Shown here piece after piece: positions 1-9,847 of a stretch of DNA of 64,000 nt. Each line of letters opens with the position of its first letter. The first letter of the stretch is position 1. Source of the stretch: an archaeon (GTDB lineage Archaea > EX4484-52 > WAPT01). The DNA is taken from the NCBI GenBank assembly GCA_029258795.1, contig JAPDKB010000004.1, positions 32,001 through 96,000 on the forward strand. Direction: 5' to 3'. The translations under genes and the position numbers were made by a program. The notes beneath the pieces were generated by a model. It made no database searches. It saw only the letters and a list, made by a program, of their open reading frames with translations, and was not told where the DNA came from.

Positions 1-315
1 AACAAGCAGATTAACAACTTTGCCCGCTCCACCATTCTTCTTGTTGAATTCATGTGAAGAATAGATTCTGATGACTTTCACCCTCAAGTTCACCTGATTC
101 AGGCCGGGTATCAAATTCTCAACCTTGAGAATTTTCGGCTTTTTCTCCACCAAATCCACACCAAGCTCCTTACCCACGATTATTATCGCTCCAGCCCTTG
201 ACACCAGCCCTCCAAATTCTTCCAGTTTCTCTTCCACTTTTTTGAGAAGCTCCTCTCTGCTGATCTGGGCGTTCTCCACTATTTTGTTTATCATTTCTTC
301 CTCGCTCAACTCCAT
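1..315 (-). CDS. rpa: Replication protein A / ssDNA-binding OB-fold protein, N-terminal part (runs off window start)
   Basis: Hand translation from ATG at 315: MELSEEEMINKIVENAQISREELLKKVEEKLEEFGGLVSRAGAIIIVGKELGV...KVENLIPGLNQVNLRVKVIRIYSSHEFNKKNGGAGKVVNLLV, typical of the archaeal RPA N-terminal helical domain plus start of an OB fold. Not in the ORF track. Confidence 0.8.
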   Translation of the reverse strand, partial: MELSEEEMINKIVENAQISREELLKKVEEKLEEFGGLVSRAGAIIIVGKELGVDLVEKKPKILKVENLIPGLNQVNLRVKVIRIYSSHEFNKKNGGAGKVVNLLV

Positions 316-381
316 GCTGATGAAAAATTACTCCACTATATTTAAATCCCTACCCATATCCCTGCCGATAGAAAAACGCAA

Positions 382-3075
382 CTATCCGAAATATCCCAGC
401 TCTTCTGGTTTGTGGAGACTCTTCACCTTCTCCAGCTTTTTCTTGAACGCCTCAATCTCTGACTTCGTTAAGGACGGTTTTATTATCTTCAACGCTTCTT
501 CAAAATGCTTCATTGTCACCTTTTTAGCGTTTATGTTCTCGCGCAGAGCTATTATTGCTGCCTCCCTACACAGAGCTTCCAGATCCGCTCCACTGTAATT
601 CTCTGTCTTCTCAGCAACATTCTTCAGATCAACATCTTTGGCAAGAGGCATGTTTTTGGTGTGCACTTTCAGAATCTGAAGTCTGGCTTCCATATCTGGC
701 ATCGGCACGTAGATGTGTCTGTCAAATCTACCGGGCCTCATTAAAGCAGGATCGAGAGCATCAGGTCTGTTCGTTGCGCCAATAACAACCACACCTTCCA
801 ACCCTTCCAGCCCATCCATCTCTGAAAGCAGCTGTGTAACAACCCTTTCTGTCACATTGGTGTCCATACCAATCCCTCTTCTCGGGGCCACAGCATCAAT
901 CTCATCTATGAAAATTATGGAGGGTGCAACCTGTCTGGCTTTCCTGAATATCTCCCTTATCTTCTTCTCACTCTCTCCAACCCATTTGGAAAAGATTTCA
1001 GGCCCCTTGATGTAGATGAAGTTAGCCTCACTCTCATTAGCAACAGCTTTAGCAAGCAAAGTTTTTCCCGTACCCGGCGGACCATAAAGAAGCACACCCT
1101 TGGGTGGCTTGATTCCCATTCTTTTAAACGCTTCCGGATGTTTGAGAGGCCATTCCACCATCTCTCTCAGCTGCTGCTTCTGCTTCTCAAGCCCTCCAAT
1201 ATCACCCCACTTAACTTTAGGCACCTCTATCATCACTTCTCTCATGGCTGACGGCTCCACGACCATCAGCGCGTTCTTGAAATCCTCCATGGTAACCTGC
1301 AGCTTTTCAAGAACCTCTGGAGATATGTCCTCGTCAAGGTTTATTTCTGGCAGGATTCTGCGCAGAGCAGACATTGCCGCTTCCTTAACCAAAGCAGCGA
1401 GATCAGCTCCAACGTAACCATGAGTGCTATTTGCTATCCTCTCCAACATTATATCAATAGCTTTTTTACTCTTTTTCATTTCAGCTATGGCTTCAGGAGT
1501 GATAAGCTCAGTAGATATAGCTAAACGTACGATGTCGGATTTTGCCTTTTCAATATTTTCCTTATAAAATATGTTTCTTGGATCATACGCTTCTCTTAAA
1601 GACAACAATCTTTCATTTTCAAGTATGAATTTTATTAATTCGTCTATTTTTTCTTTAGTTTTTATCGCTTTCTTCAATTTATTTAGTTCTTCAACTTTTT
1701 TTTCAATATTGAATAATTTGTTCTTTATCTGATTTATGACATTTTTCTCCTCTAAACCATGTTCATATTCTCTAATTTTAGATTCGAGTTGTTCTTTCTT
1801 TACTTTTAACTTCTCTAGCTTTTCTTCTATCTTTTCCTCCAAGTATGTTCGTATTACTTCTGGATATAATTCTGCTTCTAGAGGCATGTTTCTGGTGTGG
1901 ATCTGCAGAATTTCAAGCCTCCCGTTCCTATCAGGAACGCCAATCTCAATCTCCCTGTCGAACCTGCCCGGCCTGCGCAAAGCAGGATCCAAGGCGTCAG
2001 GCCTGTTGGTCGCGCCAATAACTATCACTTGCCCTCTGCTCTCCAGTCCATCCATTGAAGCTAGGAGCTGAGCGACTATCCTCCTTTCCACCTCTCCAGT
2101 AACATCCTCTCTCTTAGGAGCTATCGCATCAATCTCATCTATGAAGATGATTGAAGGAGCGTTTTCCTGCGCTTCCTTGAATATCTCCCTTATCTTCTTC
2201 TCACTCTCACCATACCACTTGCTTGTTATTTCAGGACCGTTTATGGAGATGAAGTGCGCACCACTCTCATTAGCAACAGCCTTGGCCAGCAACGTCTTCC
2301 CAGTGCCTGGCGGACCATAAAGAAGCACACCCTTGGGTGGCTCTATACCCAAACGCTCGAAAAGCTCAGGGTGCTTCAGCGGGAGCTCTATCATCTCCCT
2401 TACCTTTCTAACTACCTCCTTCAATCCACCTATATCCTCGTAAGTTACGACAGGCACACCTTCCTCTTCCTTAACCTCAACCATGTGGCTGAGCACTTCA
2501 ACTTCAGTCCTTTCAGTTATCATCACTATGTCCTTGGGCTCGGTTTTGACAACCCTGAAAAGCATCTCCCCAAAGCCAAGAGCAAAAATTTCATCTATGC
2601 CCATGCCTGTGAGGAATTCAGGGTAGAAAGGCGCGTTTCTTTTGCGTGGTGTGGGCACAATTATATCTCCCTTAACCATCACCCTTCCCATCAAAATCCT
2701 CTTGATGTGCTCTCCAGGAATGTGCACCACAACACCCTTCTGAGCTGGAGCGAGCACGACCTTCTTCGCTTCCTTTATTTCTGCTTTTCTAACTATGACT
2801 GTCTCTCCAACAGAAACGTTAGCATTCCTTCTTGTATAGCCATCCATCCTTATTATACCCAATCCCGCATCTGAAGGATAGGAGCGCACAGCAATGGCTG
2901 CAGTTTTTCTCCTTCCCTCTATCTCAACTGGCTGTCCTTCCTTCACCCCTATTTCCGCAAGCTTTTTCAGATCAATTCTGACTATACCCACTCCTATATC
3001 TGACTGAGCACTGCTGGGTATTTCCCCGACCTTCAACTTTATCTCCTTCTTCCGTTTGGGCTCTCCATCCACCAT
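382..3075 (-). CDS. cdc48: CDC48/VAT AAA+ ATPase with ~140-aa insertion in D1 helical subdomain
   Basis: N-domain, two GPPGTGKT Walker A motifs, two IIFIDEID Walker B motifs, RPGRFDR arginine fingers, C-terminal GYFG tail. Confidence 0.97.
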   Translation of the reverse strand: MVDGEPKRKKEIKLKVGEIPSSAQSDIGVGIVRIDLKKLAEIGVKEGQPVEIEGRRKTAAIAVRSYPSDAGLGIIRMDGYTRRNANVSVGETVIVRKAEIKEAKKVVLAPAQKGVVVHIPGEHIKRILMGRVMVKGDIIVPTPRKRNAPFYPEFLTGMGIDEIFALGFGEMLFRVVKTEPKDIVMITERTEVEVLSHMVEVKEEEGVPVVTYEDIGGLKEVVRKVREMIELPLKHPELFERLGIEPPKGVLLYGPPGTGKTLLAKAVANESGAHFISINGPEITSKWYGESEKKIREIFKEAQENAPSIIFIDEIDAIAPKREDVTGEVERRIVAQLLASMDGLESRGQVIVIGATNRPDALDPALRRPGRFDREIEIGVPDRNGRLEILQIHTRNMPLEAELYPEVIRTYLEEKIEEKLEKLKVKKEQLESKIREYEHGLEEKNVINQIKNKLFNIEKKVEELNKLKKAIKTKEKIDELIKFILENERLLSLREAYDPRNIFYKENIEKAKSDIVRLAISTELITPEAIAEMKKSKKAIDIMLERIANSTHGYVGADLAALVKEAAMSALRRILPEINLDEDISPEVLEKLQVTMEDFKNALMVVEPSAMREVMIEVPKVKWGDIGGLEKQKQQLREMVEWPLKHPEAFKRMGIKPPKGVLLYGPPGTGKTLLAKAVANESEANFIYIKGPEIFSKWVGESEKKIREIFRKARQVAPSIIFIDEIDAVAPRRGIGMDTNVTERVVTQLLSEMDGLEGLEGVVVIGATNRPDALDPALMRPGRFDRHIYVPMPDMEARLQILKVHTKNMPLAKDVDLKNVAEKTENYSGADLEALCREAAIIALRENINAKKVTMKHFEEALKIIKPSLTKSEIEAFKKKLEKVKSLHKPEELGYFG

Positions 3076-3143
3076 AAGCCATCACATAAACAACAAATTA
3101 TGTCTGGCTTAAAATTTAAATGTTGGAGCATAAAACTTCGCAC

Positions 3144-3851
3144 ATGAAAAATGTACTCAAGCTGAGGTGGGAACAGCTAAATAACTTTCTTGGAGGAGGG
3201 CTGGAAAAGGGAATAATCACCAACGTCTATGGTGTGGCTGGAGCAGGCAAAACCAACTTTGCTCTTGAGACCGTTATAGCCGCATTACTCGATGATAAAA
3301 AAGCAATCTTTGTGGACACAGAAAGGAATTTTTCTCCGGAGAGGTTTCTCCAGATGCATCCGAAAGAGGAGGATCTTGAAAGAGTCATTATCTTTGAACC
3401 GTTCTCATTTCAGGAGCAGCACGAGGTGATAACCAAAAAGCTCCCTCTGATTTTGGAAGAGGAAAAAAGCAAGATCGGTGTGGTTGTCGTTGATTCGATG
3501 GTATCCCTCTACAGGCTGGAGATGAAGCATGAGAAAGCCCAAGAAATAAACGCTATGCTGAGCGAGCAGTTCGTCATGCTGGCAAAAATAGCCAAACATC
3601 ACAGCATACCTGTACTTGTTACCTGCCAGGTTTACACACCTTTTGACAGCGATGAGCTCGAAATAGTAGGGAGAGATATCCCGAAATACTCCTCAAAATG
3701 CATGATTTTGCTGGAAAAGAAGGACTATGGGATCAGAAAAGCAACGCTCATCAAACACCGCTACATGCCAGAAGGTACGAATATAGAACTTAAAATTACT
3801 AATAAAGGACTTGAACCTTCGGAATCGAGAAAATTCAGCATATTTAAATGA
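3144..3851 (+). CDS. radB: DNA repair protein RadB
   Basis: GVAGAGKT Walker A, VVVDS Walker B, C-terminal KHR motif (LIKHRYMPEG); start placed at ATG 3144. Confidence 0.9.
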   Translation: MKNVLKLRWEQLNNFLGGGLEKGIITNVYGVAGAGKTNFALETVIAALLDDKKAIFVDTERNFSPERFLQMHPKEEDLERVIIFEPFSFQEQHEVITKKLPLILEEEKSKIGVVVVDSMVSLYRLEMKHEKAQEINAMLSEQFVMLAKIAKHHSIPVLVTCQVYTPFDSDELEIVGRDIPKYSSKCMILLEKKDYGIRKATLIKHRYMPEGTNIELKITNKGLEPSESRKFSIFK

Positions 3852-3869
3852 TGCTCTCCAAAAAATATA

Positions 3870-4460
3870 ATGGGTGTGGTCTGGATGGTGTCACTGTTCG
3901 ACATATTCAACATGTCAAACGTGATTAAGATAGGAAAGTACAAGATATACAAGAATCTGGAATCCAACATCTATTTCGATGTTTCCGAAATTCTGAACAA
4001 CCCGCGCAACTTTGACATTCTAACTGACATGCTTGCCGATGAAGCCATGGCCTTGAACCCAGCCAGAATTGCAGGGGCTTACACATCAGGAATTCCTCTG
4101 GCCACTGCCATCTCCTTGAAAACGAACATCCCCATGGTGTTCATAAGAAGAGAGCCAAAGGAGTATGGTATGCACACACAGATAGAGGGTAGGATAAATG
4201 AGGGAGATCATGTCGTGCTGGTGGATGATATGTTCACATTTTATGAATACAACGTTCCGTTCATAGAAGCAATAGAGGATGCTGGTGGAATAGTGACTCA
4301 CATGCTCGTAATAGTTGATTTTGGAATAGAAGAAGAGCGGAAAAAACTTGCAAGAAGGGGTATTGAGCTTGTTTCTCTCACAACGGTTAGAGAAGTTGTG
4401 AGTAAATTGAAGAAGAGAGGCATAGTTCCTGAAGATTTCAAGATCGAGCTTGAGTATTAG
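3870..4460 (+). CDS. Orotate phosphoribosyltransferase-like PRTase with divergent PRPP-binding loop
   Basis: GIPLATAISL, IRREPKEYG, VVLVDD motifs of the PyrE family, but TTGxS is replaced by TFYEY. Confidence 0.7.
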   Translation: MGVVWMVSLFDIFNMSNVIKIGKYKIYKNLESNIYFDVSEILNNPRNFDILTDMLADEAMALNPARIAGAYTSGIPLATAISLKTNIPMVFIRREPKEYGMHTQIEGRINEGDHVVLVDDMFTFYEYNVPFIEAIEDAGGIVTHMLVIVDFGIEEERKKLARRGIELVSLTTVREVVSKLKKRGIVPEDFKIELEY

Positions 4461-6486
4461 CTTTCTTTTTCTTGCATTCGGGGTCCAAACACAGGAGCCA
4501 TGGTTTCTTATTTCGCATAATGATCTTGACTATTGGCGTGCCACACTCCTCGCAAACCTTACCAGTAGCTTCTACTTTACCTTTTGAAGGTAGGGGGTAT
4601 ATCTTCCTGCACTTAGGGTACGTGTCACATGACACAAATCTCTTCCCGTTCTTACTCTTTTTTATGATGAGGTTGCCTCCGCACTCACACTTTCCAACAA
4701 CGTTATTCATTTTTTCGGTTTCTTGGATGGAGTTAAGAAGCATTGAACCCACTTTAGATTCTCTGTTCTTGAACTCCTCGAGCACAACAGTTAAAGACTC
4801 CTTAGCTTCCTCAATGACATCTTCGCTTTCCACAGCATCCTTCGCTATTTTTTCAAGTTTTTCTTCAAATTCTCTGGTGAGCTTTTCATCCACTATTTTC
4901 TCAGCGTTATCCATGAGGACTTTAACAACCATCTCTCCAAGCGGAGTTATTTCAATTTTTCTTCCTTTTATGTAGCCTCTATCATACAAACTCTGCACTA
5001 TCTCCGCCCTGGTTGCCTTTGTGCCAAGATTTCTTTTCTCCATCTCTCTGACGAGAGAAGCAGGAGTGTATCTTTCAGGTGGAGATGTCATCTTCTTTTC
5101 GAGCTTAACCCGTTCAATATTTCGTAGTTCCCCAACACGGAATTGAGGAAGTTCTGTGTCCCTTATCCTTAAATACGGCTTGTAAGCTTCATACCACCCT
5201 TCCTTCAAAGTTGTTGTTCCGGTTGCCACGAATTTTATGCCAGATGCATTGAAAACAGCCTTTACCGTTTTCTTTTCTGCGGGCTCCATGAAGCATGAGA
5301 GGAAGCGCCTAACGATCAGATCATAAACTCTTGCCTCATTCCTGCTCAAGCCGTTGGGGAGCTCTCCTGTTGGATGTATCGCTGGATGTGCTTCGTCCTC
5401 TTTTTTTCCTTCAGCCGGAATCAGCATTCTTTTTTGGAGAAGAGTGCCAGCAATCTTCTTATATGGCTCAGATTTTGCGAGTTTCCCCATTATATTCCTG
5501 AAATCTATGGTTCTCGGGAGTTTCTGGGAGCTTGTTCTCGGATAGGATATGAGTGACATCTCGTAAAGCTTTTGCGCTATTTCCTGTGTTTGCTTTGGCG
5601 TTAGCTTAAAAAGAGCATATGCTTCCGATTGCAAATCGTTAAGGTTAAAGGGTGCTGGGGGATTATGCTTGTAGGTTTTTTCGGAAACGTCCTCCACAAC
5701 ACAGGTTTTTTGCCTGCTCACAATCTCCTTAAGCTTCTTTCCCTCATCCTCACTCTCAATCTTCCCTTTTTCGTATTCAGCGTTAATGCCATCCACAACT
5801 ATACTCAGCTTCCAGTAGGGTGTGGGTACAAAATCCCTTATCTCAAGCTCCCTCTCGTAAACTATTCTTAAAGCTGGCCCCTGCACCCTCCCACTGCTCA
5901 AAATGTAATGCCTTCCCGCTTTTTTCACGGAGCTCATAAGGGCTCTGCTTACATTTATCCCCCAGAAATAATCCAGTATGTGTCGCGTGACACCAGCTTC
6001 TGCCAAACCCTTCAAAATGGTGGACTTGGCATTTTCATAAGCTTTAACCAGATCTTCTTTGGTGAGTGCGGAAAACAGCATTCTTTTGGCATTCTTTCTA
6101 TTACATATAAAGCGGAGGATGTTGTATCCTATCGCTTCCCCCTCTATATCATAATCCGTCGCGATTATTATCTCTTTAGCATCTTTGCTCAGCTTTCTTA
6201 TTAGGTTTATGTAATCTTTTGTGTAAGAAGCGCTTCTGCTTATAGCATATAGTGGTTTCCACTCCACCTCAAAAACAGGGTAATGATTGAATGCCACCTT
6301 TTTCTTCTCAGCAACTCCAAAAAGGTGGCCAGCTGCGCCAACCACAACAATCTTTTTTCCTTTCCTTTCAATCTCAAAGTATGGCACTCGTCCATACTTT
6401 CTGGTTTTAACCCTGCTCTCTGCAAGCGCTTGCGCTATCTTCCTTGCGCTAGAAGGTTTCTCAGCGATTATAAGCTCGTCCAACAT
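4438..6486 (-). CDS. topA: Type IA DNA topoisomerase with C-terminal Zn ribbons
   Basis: AEKPS, ATDYDIEGE Toprim, SSGRVQ, catalytic ISYPRT, C-terminal Cys motifs. Confidence 0.97.
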   Translation of the reverse strand: MLDELIIAEKPSSARKIAQALAESRVKTRKYGRVPYFEIERKGKKIVVVGAAGHLFGVAEKKKVAFNHYPVFEVEWKPLYAISRSASYTKDYINLIRKLSKDAKEIIIATDYDIEGEAIGYNILRFICNRKNAKRMLFSALTKEDLVKAYENAKSTILKGLAEAGVTRHILDYFWGINVSRALMSSVKKAGRHYILSSGRVQGPALRIVYERELEIRDFVPTPYWKLSIVVDGINAEYEKGKIESEDEGKKLKEIVSRQKTCVVEDVSEKTYKHNPPAPFNLNDLQSEAYALFKLTPKQTQEIAQKLYEMSLISYPRTSSQKLPRTIDFRNIMGKLAKSEPYKKIAGTLLQKRMLIPAEGKKEDEAHPAIHPTGELPNGLSRNEARVYDLIVRRFLSCFMEPAEKKTVKAVFNASGIKFVATGTTTLKEGWYEAYKPYLRIRDTELPQFRVGELRNIERVKLEKKMTSPPERYTPASLVREMEKRNLGTKATRAEIVQSLYDRGYIKGRKIEITPLGEMVVKVLMDNAEKIVDEKLTREFEEKLEKIAKDAVESEDVIEEAKESLTVVLEEFKNRESKVGSMLLNSIQETEKMNNVVGKCECGGNLIIKKSKNGKRFVSCDTYPKCRKIYPLPSKGKVEATGKVCEECGTPIVKIIMRNKKPWLLCLDPECKKKKANTQARS

Positions 6487-6490
6487 CCTT

Positions 6491-7786
6491 TTACCTCTTG
6501 GTCTTCGGTTCTATCTTCTTTATCCCGTTCATATATGGCCACAGAACCTTGGGTATGTCCACACTACCATCCTCGTTCTGGTAGTTTTCAAGAATTGCGC
6601 ACATGGTTCTTTCCGTCGCTATTCCCGTGCAGTTCAGTATGTGAACATAGCCCTTTGGCTTATCCCCTTCTTTCTCCCTCCACTTTATGTTCAGCTTTCT
6701 TGCCTGATAATCCGTGCAGTTGCTCCCGCTGACCACCTCTCGGTATTTCTGCTGTGCTGGAAACCACACCTCTATATCGTACTTTTTGGCAGCGTTATCG
6801 TTCATCTCTCCCGAGCATATGTTCACAACTCTGTAAGGCAAGCCAAGCTCCTGATAGAACTCTTCAGCATTCCTTATCATTTTTTCATGCCAGTCCCAGC
6901 TTTCCTCAGGCAGACAGAACACTATCTGCTCCACCTTGTCGAACTGATGCACCCTGAATATGCCTTTTGTATCCTTACCATGGCTCCCTGCTTCCCTCCT
7001 GAAATTGGTTGAAAAGCCAACGTATTTTAGGGGGAGGTCATCCTTCAGAAAGGTCTCATCCATGTGGTATGCTAAAATGGATTGCTCAGCAGTAGCTATA
7101 AGGTAAGCATCCATACCCTCCACTTTGTAAAGCGTGTCCTGAAAATCAGCCAGTTCTGAAGCCCCCTTCATGGCTTTGCCACTTATCATATATGGCGTCC
7201 ATAATGGAATGAACCCCTTGGCAACGAGCTTCTCAAAGCCATATCTTATCAGCGCCAAATTCAGGAGCACGAGCTCATTTTTCAAATAATAAAACCTAGA
7301 GCCTATCACTTTTGCAGCTCTTTGGACATCGGCAACATCAAGCATCTCCACCAGGTCAGCATGACCCCTTGGCTTAAACTCAAAGCTTTTCGGCTCACCC
7401 CAGGTGCGCACAATCTCGTTATGCTTTTCCTCATCGTCCCCTACAGGCACGCTCTCATGCAATATATTCCCTATCCTGTAGCGCAGCTCATCCCTCTTCT
7501 GAAGAAATTCCTCCACCTTCCTTTCAAGTTCCGCAATCTCTTCCTTCAATTTCTTCATCTTCTCCACAATCTCGGCTGGAACTTCCCTGCCTTCTCTTTT
7601 TAGCTTCGCAACTTCCTGCAGAATTCTGTTTCTTTCCTCCCTTTTCTTCTGCACTTCCTGTAAGCATTCGCGCCATTTAACATCATACTCCAGAACCTTA
7701 TCCACGATGCTGGGGTCCTTGAACCTCTTGCGTTCAGATTCCTTAACAACATCGGGATGTTCCCGTATGAATTCCATGTCCAGCAT
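6491..7786 (-). CDS. serS: Serine-tRNA ligase
   Basis: N-terminal coiled coil, FRREAG...GIFRVHQFDKVE motif 2, SGSNCTDYQAR. Confidence 0.97.
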   Translation of the reverse strand: MLDMEFIREHPDVVKESERKRFKDPSIVDKVLEYDVKWRECLQEVQKKREERNRILQEVAKLKREGREVPAEIVEKMKKLKEEIAELERKVEEFLQKRDELRYRIGNILHESVPVGDDEEKHNEIVRTWGEPKSFEFKPRGHADLVEMLDVADVQRAAKVIGSRFYYLKNELVLLNLALIRYGFEKLVAKGFIPLWTPYMISGKAMKGASELADFQDTLYKVEGMDAYLIATAEQSILAYHMDETFLKDDLPLKYVGFSTNFRREAGSHGKDTKGIFRVHQFDKVEQIVFCLPEESWDWHEKMIRNAEEFYQELGLPYRVVNICSGEMNDNAAKKYDIEVWFPAQQKYREVVSGSNCTDYQARKLNIKWREKEGDKPKGYVHILNCTGIATERTMCAILENYQNEDGSVDIPKVLWPYMNGIKKIEPKTKR

Positions 7787-7834
7787 GAGCGATCACCACA
7801 AAACCTTTTATAATTCACCTAGTGTTAAATTTTT

Positions 7835-8458
7835 ATGGGTTTGCTCTCCTTCCTTTTTGGAAATAAAAAAGTGGAGAAAGACGTAGAAGAACTTAAAAAT
7901 TCTATGGAATCTTTTAAAGATGACATCAAAAATTTTGCTTTCTCGCTCGCAAAGATGAACGAAAAGATAGTTGAGTTAAATGAAAAGTTTGATGATGAGA
8001 TTGAACAGATTTACGAGAGAATTTCTGAAATTGAAGAAAAAATTAGCATATTGGCTAAATCCACTCGTGTTGGTGTGGAGGCAAAGAAAGAGCTGAAGGA
8101 AGTGAGGGAACAGCTGAGCAAGCTGATTCAAAAGAAAAAGGAAATTAAGAGGGAAAAGCCCGTTCAAGAGATTAATACGGAGGAAACAAGTAAAGTGCAG
8201 GAAATACATGCCTCTGTGAAAGAGGAAATGAGAATGCTGTCTCCTGCTGAAAGAGAAATCCTTTCCGCCTTGCTTTCTTCCGAAATTCCTCTGAGCTACG
8301 AAGAAATAGCCCAGCTTACGGGTAAATCCACAAGTACTGTTAGAGACCATATGAACAACATAAGGAAAAAAACAAATTTGCTGGAAGTGGTAGAAACTCC
8401 GGACAGAAAGAAGCTGTTTAGGATAGCGGTCAAAGCGAAGCAGGAGATCATATTGTAG
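7835..8458 (+). CDS. Coiled-coil plus C-terminal winged-HTH protein with predicted amphipathic N-terminus (MGLLSFLFG)
   Basis: Heptad-rich aa ~15-105; LSPAEREIL...LSYEEIAQLTGKSTSTVRDHMNNIRKK HTH followed by a beta wing. Confidence 0.85.
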   Translation: MGLLSFLFGNKKVEKDVEELKNSMESFKDDIKNFAFSLAKMNEKIVELNEKFDDEIEQIYERISEIEEKISILAKSTRVGVEAKKELKEVREQLSKLIQKKKEIKREKPVQEINTEETSKVQEIHASVKEEMRMLSPAEREILSALLSSEIPLSYEEIAQLTGKSTSTVRDHMNNIRKKTNLLEVVETPDRKKLFRIAVKAKQEIIL

Positions 8459-8461
8459 TTC

Positions 8462-8651
8462 TATCGAAATTTTCGACACATCTTCGACAGACATTCGACA
8501 CATCTTCGACACTGTCGAAATTTTCGACACATAAAAAAGCACAAGCAAAAGATGCTTTGCACATCTGTGTCGAATAACTGTCGAAATTTTCGACACATCT
8601 TCGACAGACATTCGACACATCTTCGACAGACATTCGACACATCTTCGACAC
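8462..8651. repeat. Bipartite iteron-like array of 11-bp units (TTCGACACATC/TTCGACAGACA) with TGTCGAAA-T-TTTCGACA palindromes around a short A-rich spacer
   Basis: 15 TCGA cores at 8464, 8473, 8484, 8495, 8506, 8515, 8524 and 8570, 8581, 8590, 8601, 8612, 8623, 8634, 8645. Confidence 0.95.
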
Positions 8652-8718
8652 TCAAACACAGCCATTTCCTATTAACGTACATATAAGTCCGAATTAGAAA
8701 CAAGGAAGTTCGTTAAAA

Positions 8719-9807
8719 TTACCTTGTGATTTCAACATTCTTTATGAACTCGTAAAGCTCCCTTGCTTTCTTGTTCTTTTCGAAGTGCTCTCTTATCGGT
8801 TTTATGAGCTTTTCCAGATGCGCTGCCACAGCCATCTTCAGATCAAGCGGGTGGAGCTTGCCCTCTCTATAATCCCCTTCAACCTCCTCGTACGAGCCAT
8901 AAACAACGTCTCCTCCGAACTTCTCCGGACGCTCAACCTTGAACTCATCAAACGCTCTGAAAATTATGTGCTTGACGTAATCCATAATCGGATTGTCCTC
9001 AACAACCTTTTCAGGACAGTACGCCTTCCTTATCTTTCTCACGATCTCCTCGCAGCTATCATGAACAAATATGGCTGAATCGGGCTTGCTCTTGCTCATT
9101 TTGGAAGAAATTTCCTTATCTATTTTCTTGTTTTCATCATACCCTTCTCCCTCCTTTGGCCCTTCCAGCCCCATCAGGATATGGTGGCTGACAACTACTG
9201 GCTTTTTCCACCCAAGCTTATCAGCCATCTCCCTTGCAAGCATGTTCACTTTCCTCTGATCCATCCCAAGCTGGCATATGTCAACATCAAGATGGAACAC
9301 GTCAGCACACTGCATTGAAGGATAGAATAGGAATGCCGTCGGATTGTTCTCTCTCCCAACTCTTCCCGCCACCGTCAAACATCTCATGCCCCGCTGAATT
9401 GTGTGGTTTTTCGCTATTAAAATAACCTTTTTCCAGTATTCTGGATCATCAAAATGCTCTTTATGCCACACAACATCAACCTTATTCATGTCAACTCCCG
9501 CAGCTTTCCATACCTCCAGAAAGTATTCTCCACACTTCCTTATTTTTTCAATATCTCCTCCCAGCTTGTTGTTTATCCATGCAAAGCTGTCCGCAAGCAA
9601 AAGCTTGAAGTGCACACCCGCCTTCATGAGATCCCTGAGCAGAAGGGGTCGAAAAACACCAACAGGCAGATGCGCTATACCACTCGGCTCAAAACCATCA
9701 TAAGCCACAATCCTATCTTTCGTTTCAACAAGCTCCCTGAGCTCTTTTTCCGTCACAATCTCTTCTCCCACGCCCGCTATGAGCTGGAAGCGCGTCTCCG
9801 CATCCAT
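8719..9807 (-). CDS. tyrS: Tyrosine-tRNA ligase
   Basis: AYDGFEPSG, QLGMDQRK, KMSKS; start placed at ATG 9807. Confidence 0.96.
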   Translation of the reverse strand: MDAETRFQLIAGVGEEIVTEKELRELVETKDRIVAYDGFEPSGIAHLPVGVFRPLLLRDLMKAGVHFKLLLADSFAWINNKLGGDIEKIRKCGEYFLEVWKAAGVDMNKVDVVWHKEHFDDPEYWKKVILIAKNHTIQRGMRCLTVAGRVGRENNPTAFLFYPSMQCADVFHLDVDICQLGMDQRKVNMLAREMADKLGWKKPVVVSHHILMGLEGPKEGEGYDENKKIDKEISSKMSKSKPDSAIFVHDSCEEIVRKIRKAYCPEKVVEDNPIMDYVKHIIFRAFDEFKVERPEKFGGDVVYGSYEEVEGDYREGKLHPLDLKMAVAAHLEKLIKPIREHFEKNKKARELYEFIKNVEITR

Positions 9808-9847
9808 AAGGTTATGGTTAAGTACTTTACACTTTAAATTTGTTGTC

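Noticed and set aside
1448-1870. dif-like half sites (ATTATATC ... GATATAAT) bounding the CDC48 insert
   Set aside because: The adjacent 6-bp spacers differ, excision would remove 427 bp (out of frame), and an 8-bp AT-rich match is plausible by chance
1450-1876. Intein in CDC48
   Set aside because: No N-terminal Cys/Ser, no His-Asn end and no LAGLIDADG motif
8462-8651. CRISPR array
   Set aside because: Units are 9-11 bp with no unique spacers, and there are no cas genes in the window
7976-8703. Minus-strand ORFs with repeated SVEDVS/CRRCVE peptides
   Set aside because: By-products of the stop-poor DNA repeat in all three frames, antisense to the wHTH gene
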